64,000 nt of DNA from Limnochordia bacterium (GTDB lineage Bacteria > Bacillota > Limnochordia > DTU080): assembly GCA_050951545.1 (NCBI GenBank), contig JBMNJG010000007.1, positions 32,001 through 96,000 on the forward strand. Direction: 5' to 3'. Shown here one piece after another: positions 57,941 through 64,000 of the stretch. The translations under genes were made by a program, and so were the position numbers. The first letter of the stretch is position 1. Each line of letters opens with the position of its first letter. The notes beneath the pieces were generated by a model. That model saw only the letters and a list, made by a program, of their open reading frames with translations. It was not told the DNA's origin and made no database searches.

Positions 57941-58219
57941 TTAGAACAGGTCTCGGGGATAGTCGGCGAACAGCTCCCGGGCTTCTTCCAGGCTAATATC
58001 CGGTGGCGGCAAGATCAGGTCGGATTCACACAGGCTGGTATCAGGGAGTCTGGTGCCCTCTGACCGGACGTGCGACAAGACATCTGCCAGGCTTTTTACG
58101 AAGGCTTCCGTGTCGCTTTTGGCGACGGCGTCGAGCACGAGATTATCCATGTCGTCAAGCTTGGTAAGCGCTTCCCCGCGCAGCTCGTACTGCCCCTCGG
58201 TCGATATGCGGATGATCAC
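57941..58219 (-). CDS. PspA-associated protein A (PspAA)-like
   Basis: MIIRISTEGQY, SDLILPPPD.SLEE; directly after pspA. Confidence 0.78.
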   Translation of the reverse strand: MIIRISTEGQYELRGEALTKLDDMDNLVLDAVAKSDTEAFVKSLADVLSHVRSEGTRLPDTSLCESDLILPPPDISLEEARELFADYPRDLF

Positions 58220-58923
58220 GAGCCTGAGACCTCCTTCTTGAGTCTGGCCAGATCGTCTTCTACGGCTTGACCTGCGGAAATGCGAGCCAACTCCTTGCTC
58301 ACATCGTCTTGAGAGCCGACCTGAATACTATCGATGAGGCTACCAGTCTCCACGAGCTCGTCGATGGCTGCCGCTCGGGCGCGCATGCGCTCTGTCTTCT
58401 CTTGTGCACGCTCTACCGCTAAGCCGACATCAGCGATCTCCTCCGAGAGACCAGTGGCCGCTTCGCCTATCTTCACTTGGGCTTCAGCAGCCGAGTACTG
58501 TGCTTTGATAACCTCTTTCTGCGTGCGGAAAGCCTGTACCTTGGCCTGAAGGCGGGCTTCTGTTGCCGCTAGCTTATCCTGCTCTTTTTGCAGTTCCGCG
58601 ATCTGCTCCTGAAGGCCTTGTAGCTGCTGCAGTGTAAGGGCACGGCGCTCCAAGGCCAAACGGGCTAGGTCTTCACGCTCATGGGTGAGTGCCTCACGGG
58701 CCTGCTCTTCTAGCTTGGCAGCAGACTCCTTGAGCTTTGCGTCTTGCAGTTCAAGACGTTTCTTGGATGCCACAACCTCGGTCAGACCGCGCTTGACGTT
58801 ACGTAGCAGCTCCAGCTGTTTTTCATAGCTGTACTCAAGAGTCTCATGGGGATTTTCAAAACGATCCATGAGCCGACTCATCTTCGCTTTGAAAATTGTA
58901 GACATGCGCGAAAAGATACCCAT
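58216..58923 (-). CDS. pspA: PspA/IM30 family protein
   Basis: MGIFSRMSTIFKAK, ENP, REDLARLAL, long coiled coil, ARAAAIDEL. Confidence 0.92.
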   Translation of the reverse strand: MGIFSRMSTIFKAKMSRLMDRFENPHETLEYSYEKQLELLRNVKRGLTEVVASKKRLELQDAKLKESAAKLEEQAREALTHEREDLARLALERRALTLQQLQGLQEQIAELQKEQDKLAATEARLQAKVQAFRTQKEVIKAQYSAAEAQVKIGEAATGLSEEIADVGLAVERAQEKTERMRARAAAIDELVETGSLIDSIQVGSQDDVSKELARISAGQAVEDDLARLKKEVSGS

Positions 58924-59016
58924 GGTTGGTGCCCCCTTTCCCAAATAGCCGTTGTCGGATCTTATTATAGCACTGGAGCAGGAATATCGGTGCGCTTTTC
59001 CGGAAGGACTGTGGCC

Positions 59017-59901
59017 TTGAGTAGCGTAGAATGGCTAGAGAGGATAATTACGCGGACTGTGGCGTTGCTCAGTCTGGGCATAGGAGGATGGCTGGCTGTG
59101 GGAGTGTATTTACCTTCTACCATTAATGAGCGAGCTCTGGAGCAAGCGCGCTGGGACGCTATGGCTGCATTCGCTCCGCAGTGGGTTGTAGTGACGAGTG
59201 GCTTTTTGGCGGGTTTCGTCGCCGCTTGGCTGCCTGGGCTCATCACCTTACCGTTGCTTTTTGTGTACCGTTACGCGTTTGGCGTTCAACCCTGGATGAC
59301 AGGCGAGGAGAAACTGGCTTCTGCGCTGGGTGGCTTGAGCAAGAACGTGGCAGCTTATTCCAGGGTAGCGATCTGGATAGCGATCGCTCTAGGTGTCTAT
59401 GGGGTGTTGCAGGCCCTCTTGCGGCAGAAGGCAGCGGTCACCAACCGCTACTTCACGATGGAGTTGAGCAAGTACGGCGAGGTCCGGGTGGGGCGCGACG
59501 GTCAGTTGACTATTTTGGGTTTTCCTTTCGTGGCTCTGATCGGACTTTGGGTAGCCGATAAGCTGGCAGTGCTTTTTGTCGCCCTGGTGGTCATTGTCTT
59601 GTCTGGCCTCTTCTACCATATTCTCTGGACGTGGCTCGACAACAGGTTCCTCTCCGTGTTGCACAGGCTGCGCTACGAAGAGCGGGTGGCTGAAGCCATG
59701 CGACTGCTGATTCCTCGGCACTGCGGCTGGGATAGCTGTACCATCCATAACGTAGAGGTCGATCGCGCGGGGAAAAGCATCCGGGTTGAAGGGGCGTTTG
59801 AGTCGGATCATGGCGAGCGAGAGGCTCGTGAGGTGGTGGGCCACTTCATGCGTGGTTATCATCCTATCTATCTTGTCAACACAAAAAAGCATAAGTCCTA
59901 G
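59017..59901 (+). CDS. Hypothetical membrane protein
   Basis: Long ORF with about 5 hydrophobic segments and soluble C-terminal domain; start approximate. Confidence 0.65.
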   Translation: MSSVEWLERIITRTVALLSLGIGGWLAVGVYLPSTINERALEQARWDAMAAFAPQWVVVTSGFLAGFVAAWLPGLITLPLLFVYRYAFGVQPWMTGEEKLASALGGLSKNVAAYSRVAIWIAIALGVYGVLQALLRQKAAVTNRYFTMELSKYGEVRVGRDGQLTILGFPFVALIGLWVADKLAVLFVALVVIVLSGLFYHILWTWLDNRFLSVLHRLRYEERVAEAMRLLIPRHCGWDSCTIHNVEVDRAGKSIRVEGAFESDHGEREAREVVGHFMRGYHPIYLVNTKKHKS

Positions 59902-60062
59902 GCAGCCGTCGGCGCTTCGGGCTGTGCATAAGCGTTTTGCCAACGCATACTAATAGGGAAGCCGTACCTTTTGCACGGGAACCCCAAGCGGTTCCCGTCT
60001 TTGTTCCGGAATTGATGCGTAGCGAGTAAGGCTCCAGCGGTCGAGCTCGTGTACTGTGGGGT

Positions 60063-61190
60063 GTGGGTGTGGGTGTGGAACGCCAGAAAAAGATTCGCTT
60101 AGCAGTTTTGTTTGGGGGACGCTCAGGTGAGCATGAAGTGAGCTTGATGTCGGCCGCTTCACTCATCCAGGCTGCAGATAAGTCTAAGTACGAGATCATT
60201 CCTATAGGTATCGATAAGAACGGGCGCTGGCTGATCGGCGGCGAGGCGATGGCTCTTCTCAGCCGAGGTGAGATGACTCTCGATCTGCCACAATCTGCGA
60301 CGGCCTCTACGAGCGGGGCCATGATGTTGCTGGATCCGATTCAAGACGGAACCCTTCGCCTAGCTGACCAGACCATCGACGTTGTCTTCCCCGCTTTGCA
60401 TGGTACCTACGGTGAAGACGGAAGTGTCCAAGGGCTCCTTGAGCTGGTCAACGTGCCCTACGTGGGAGCGGGCGTAGCAGGTTCAGCGGTGGGCATGGAC
60501 AAGGCTCTCATGAAAGCGTTGTTCCGAGATGCGGGGCTGCCAATTCTCGACTTTGTGGTGATGAAGCGTAGAGACTTGGACCACGATCCACAAGCCTGTG
60601 TACGCCGAGTGGAGAATCGTCTGGGCTATCCGTGTTTCGTCAAACCCGCGAATCTGGGCTCCAGTGTGGGGATCAGCAAGGTGCATCAGCGTGACGGCCT
60701 GATCCTGGCCTTAGAGCTGGCGGCCCGCTATGATGCGAAGATACTCGTGGAAGCAGCCGCCATTGATGCCCGCGAGATCGAAGTGAGCGTGCTAGGCAAC
60801 GATTCCCCGTCGGCCTCTGTGGTAGGGGAGATCATCCCGTCTCGGGAGTTCTACGATTACGAGGCAAAGTACAAAGATGCCAGATCGCAGCTGATCATCC
60901 CAGCTAGGCTTTCGGCAGAATGCACACGTCGTGTGCGTGACATGGCGTTGGCAGCTTTCCAGGCTTGCGATGGGGCGGGCTTGGCCAGAGTCGACTTTTT
61001 CGTGCACCGCACGTCAGAAGCGATCTGGCTTAACGAGATTAACACGATGCCGGGCTTCACCAGCATTAGCATGTACGCCAAGTTGTGGGAAGCGACTGGG
61101 CTGTCGTACAGCGCGCTTATAGACAGGTTGGTTGAGCTGGCCTTGGAGCGCTTTGCTGAGAAGGCACGCTCACAGACTAGCTATGAGTAG
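60063..61190 (+). CDS. ddl: D-alanine--D-alanine ligase
   Basis: GGRSGEHEVS, LHGTYGEDG, KPANLGSSVG, FYDYEAKY, NEINTMPG. Confidence 0.96.
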   Translation: MGVGVERQKKIRLAVLFGGRSGEHEVSLMSAASLIQAADKSKYEIIPIGIDKNGRWLIGGEAMALLSRGEMTLDLPQSATASTSGAMMLLDPIQDGTLRLADQTIDVVFPALHGTYGEDGSVQGLLELVNVPYVGAGVAGSAVGMDKALMKALFRDAGLPILDFVVMKRRDLDHDPQACVRRVENRLGYPCFVKPANLGSSVGISKVHQRDGLILALELAARYDAKILVEAAAIDAREIEVSVLGNDSPSASVVGEIIPSREFYDYEAKYKDARSQLIIPARLSAECTRRVRDMALAAFQACDGAGLARVDFFVHRTSEAIWLNEINTMPGFTSISMYAKLWEATGLSYSALIDRLVELALERFAEKARSQTSYE

Positions 61191-61217
61191 TACGTTGCTG
61201 GTGATGCGGTAGGGGGC

Positions 61218-61499
61218 ATGAGCATGGGCACGGAGGCGCGGTTTTGGCGATGGCTGAAACGGCTATGTTTGGCCGGCGCAAGTCTAGCTTGGGTCGTCCT
61301 TTTCTACCGCAATTATTGGGATGCAGCCGTTCCGGCCTATGGTGACATTACCATTCACCTGGCTGGGCTTAGGCAACTTTTTTGGCGCTATGTGGGGGCC
61401 GGGATCGTGCTAGGGGGCATGTGGTGGCTGGCGATTCGTCAGGCTAGCAGGAGGTTGGCCAGCCCAGAGCAAGAAAGGGTGCGGCAGCGGAGCAACTAG
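61218..61499 (+). CDS. Small hypothetical membrane protein
   Basis: Two hydrophobic segments, RBS present. Confidence 0.55.
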   Translation: MSMGTEARFWRWLKRLCLAGASLAWVVLFYRNYWDAAVPAYGDITIHLAGLRQLFWRYVGAGIVLGGMWWLAIRQASRRLASPEQERVRQRSN

Positions 61500-61505
61500 A
61501 GGGTG

Positions 61506-61533
61506 GCAGGAATAGCCGCACCTGCTATAGAAT
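61506..61533 (+). promoter_or_regulatory. Possible SigH-type promoter
   Basis: GCAGGAAT...TAGAAT, AGGA-N18-GAAT. Confidence 0.4.
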
Positions 61534-61689
61534 TCCTGTGGTGGCCATTGCTGTTTTCGATGTCTGATGCAAATGGTGAGGAAGAATCCCTGGTAGAAGG
61601 GGTATCTTCCTCTTTTCGCCTGTGGGGCCGACATCTGAATCAAAAGAGCCGGGCCTGTCTGGCCTGTCAGTAATGTGGAGGTGACACCT

Positions 61690-62604
61690 GTGAAGGCTGA
61701 TGTTCGGATCCGTATGGGCCGTAGGCGGCCTCTCCCGTTGCGTGTTCCTGGGGAGATCTTTGACGTCTACCAACCGCTCATGGGTGCACAAGCAACTCTG
61801 CTCTGGCTCAATATGCGTTGGCTGGAGCACGCGCAAATCAGCGGAGAGATCGAGGAGGCGCTGCAGGCCCGTTTGGACTTGCCTTTTGCGCAGCTTGCGG
61901 AGCCTTTGGACGAGCTGATGCGCTTTGGCCTCCTGGAGATTGGCACTGGCGGTGAGTACATACTGCATGAACCCCTCTCAGCAGAGGCCTTTGCTGCGCA
62001 GTTTGGTGATTCGGTAGTCACGATGGCGAATGCTGAGGTGGCGGCGACCGCCACTCGGGAGGTCGCGATAGACGATCACGTATCCGACCAACCTAAGCGC
62101 CTTCCAACGCAGCAGGACAAGGCAGATGCTGAGCAGTCTGATGTGGCCGTGGTCAAAGCCGAGGAGATCAGACCTTGGGAAACAGGGCACGAGAATCTCA
62201 GCGCGGATATGGAAGCTGTGATGGATCTCTACCACAGGAAAATTGGAATGGCCGGTCCTACGCAGTTTGACAAGCTTCGTTTCTGGGTTGAAGAGCAAGG
62301 GATGGAAGGGGAGGTAGTGGCGGCGGCTATCGAAGAGACCGTGCAATCAGCTCAGACACCGCGCATCAACTACCTCGAAGGCATTTTGCGCAACTGGTCC
62401 AATGATGGCATTCGTACTCTCAAGGATCTGGTCAGCAAGAAGGCATCGAAGGTGCTTTCCGGCGCTGGTGCTAGGGGGCTGGGGCAAGGGCAAGGGTCTC
62501 AGGGTTCCATGGAGGGGATGGCCAATGCTGACGCCTACCGGCGGGTCGACCCGAAAATGGTAAAAAAATGGAAGGAGCTTTACCCGGATGAGTATGACGG
62601 CTGA
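61690..62604 (+). CDS. DnaD/DnaB_C domain replication protein
   Basis: N-terminal YQPLMG wHTH-like region; C-terminal NYLEGILRNWSNDGIRT. Confidence 0.82.
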   Translation: MKADVRIRMGRRRPLPLRVPGEIFDVYQPLMGAQATLLWLNMRWLEHAQISGEIEEALQARLDLPFAQLAEPLDELMRFGLLEIGTGGEYILHEPLSAEAFAAQFGDSVVTMANAEVAATATREVAIDDHVSDQPKRLPTQQDKADAEQSDVAVVKAEEIRPWETGHENLSADMEAVMDLYHRKIGMAGPTQFDKLRFWVEEQGMEGEVVAAAIEETVQSAQTPRINYLEGILRNWSNDGIRTLKDLVSKKASKVLSGAGARGLGQGQGSQGSMEGMANADAYRRVDPKMVKKWKELYPDEYDG

Positions 62605-63970
62605 GTCAGTTCATGGTGGTTTCCTTGCTGCTGATATAGAGGCAGAGCGGCGCGTACTTGGCATTCTCATTAAGTACCCTCAAGCTGTGGACTCAGTAAT
62701 GGATCGTCTCAGGCCGGAGCATTTCAGCGACCCACTCTATCGGCGTATCTTTGAGACGATTGTAGACATATACAACAGCCGAGGGCGCATATCCTATACA
62801 CAGGTGTACAACCGCCTGCGAAAGGACTCTTCAGTATCAGCACCCGATCAGGTGCTGATCGGCCTCACAGAGAGTTTCGTCAGTCAGGTGGAGCTGACGC
62901 CGTCTATCGAGACACTGGTAGACAAGCACGGGCGGCGGGCGATTCTCGAGGCGCTGCAGCAGATTGAAAACATGATCGTCTCCGGAAAAGAGGAAACGCT
63001 GCAGGCTTGCCAGGCCAAGGCTCAAGAGCTGATCTTTGCCGCCACGCACGCCAGCGACGAAAGCGAAGTCAAGAACCTCATGGAGGTTCTCAACAAGTGC
63101 TATGCACGCTTGTTAGAGCGAAAAGAGGGAAAGAAGCCCTACGGTTTGGCTGTACGCTTCCCTGAGATCGACATGTTGACTACGGGGTTCAAGAACAAAG
63201 ACCTGATCATTTTGGCTGCGCGTCCGAGTATGGGAAAGACCTCTTTGGCCCTCAACTTCTCGGTCAATGTCGCCAAACGGGGCATCCCAGTTCTGATCTT
63301 CAGCTTAGAGATGGATGACGAGCAGATCGGTGATCGCTTAGTTATGGGCGAGTTATTTCAGTATCGGAACCCTGATGGCACGTATGAGATACCCTGGTCA
63401 GCATACGCGACTCGCTTGGATGATGAGCAGTTTGAGAAGGTAGGGGCGGTGTTTAGCGATCTGTATCCGCTGCCGATTTTCATGATAGACAAGCGCGGCC
63501 TAATGGTTAGCGAGATGAAGGCCAAGGCTCGAAAAGTAAAAGCAGAGCATCCCGATCTAGGACTAATCATCATAGACTATTTGCAGCTCATCAAACCACA
63601 CGCGGCGACGAATCGAAACTGGGCGCTCGTTGTCGGAGATATTGTCCGTGAGTTGCGAGATCTGGCTGGTGAGCTAAATGTCCCTCTTATCTTGCTCTCA
63701 CAACTGAACCGAGCAGTAGAGACGCGCGAGAACAAAAAGCCAGTGATGAGCGACCTGCGGGACAGTGGTAACATTGAAGAATTCGCTGACGTAGTCATGT
63801 TTCTCTATCGCGAAGACTACTACTACCCAGAGAAAGCGAGACAGGAAGGCATAGAAGGGCAGGTAGAGGTTATTTTCGCGAAACAGCGTAAGGGTCCCAC
63901 CGGCAGTGCGTATCTCAAGTTCATCAAAGAGTACACGCGTTTCGTGGAGGAAAGCCCGCGTCACGCATAG
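62588..63970 (+). CDS. dnaB: Replicative DNA helicase (DnaB family; DnaC in B. subtilis naming)
   Basis: EAER.VLG, AARPSMGKT, FSLEM, IIDYLQL, LSQLNR, DLRDSGNIE, KQRKGPTG. Confidence 0.95.
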   Translation: MSMTAESVHGGFLAADIEAERRVLGILIKYPQAVDSVMDRLRPEHFSDPLYRRIFETIVDIYNSRGRISYTQVYNRLRKDSSVSAPDQVLIGLTESFVSQVELTPSIETLVDKHGRRAILEALQQIENMIVSGKEETLQACQAKAQELIFAATHASDESEVKNLMEVLNKCYARLLERKEGKKPYGLAVRFPEIDMLTTGFKNKDLIILAARPSMGKTSLALNFSVNVAKRGIPVLIFSLEMDDEQIGDRLVMGELFQYRNPDGTYEIPWSAYATRLDDEQFEKVGAVFSDLYPLPIFMIDKRGLMVSEMKAKARKVKAEHPDLGLIIIDYLQLIKPHAATNRNWALVVGDIVRELRDLAGELNVPLILLSQLNRAVETRENKKPVMSDLRDSGNIEEFADVVMFLYREDYYYPEKARQEGIEGQVEVIFAKQRKGPTGSAYLKFIKEYTRFVEESPRHA

Positions 63971-64000
63971 GAAAGAAGAGTACAGGCAACAAAAGAAGAG

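Noticed and set aside
60063-61190. Van-type D-Ala-D-Lac ligase
   Set aside because: Omega loop FYDYEAKY is the D-Ala-D-Ala type and there are no van genes nearby

Overview
A 64-kb chromosomal window from a GC-rich Bacillota (Firmicutes) bacterium. A sporulation-type LonC together with an outer-membrane secretin suggests a diderm lineage such as Limnochordia (inference). Core content: tldD/pmbA, rpsF-ssb-rpsR-yybS-rplI-lonC, aroE, nagA, a uronate/polysaccharide-utilisation cluster, a type IVa pilus operon, a NarL-type two-component pair, mgtE, porCDAB, a FeoB membrane half, larE, htpX-pspAB and pspA-pspAA, ddl, and a DnaD-domain gene plus the replicative helicase. The best candidate for an undescribed system is a pair of dispersed paralogous genes (923-1951 +, 36752-37813 -) encoding two tandem winged-HTH domains fused to a Vsr/EDxHD-like nuclease domain. 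Both have tandem LexA (SOS)-box-like sites just before the RBS, and each sits beside its own non-coding repeat array: a ~93-152 bp array with a 12-bp microsatellite plus an upstream copy, and a ~410-bp structured array. Other notable signals are an orphan antisense c-di-GMP-I riboswitch, a shared 18-bp palindrome linking the diguanylate cyclase, riboswitch and pilin upstream regions, a multiply frameshifted major pilin, a possible mgtE leader peptide, and several degenerate-domain proteins. All calls come from reading the sequence by eye; no database searches were run.
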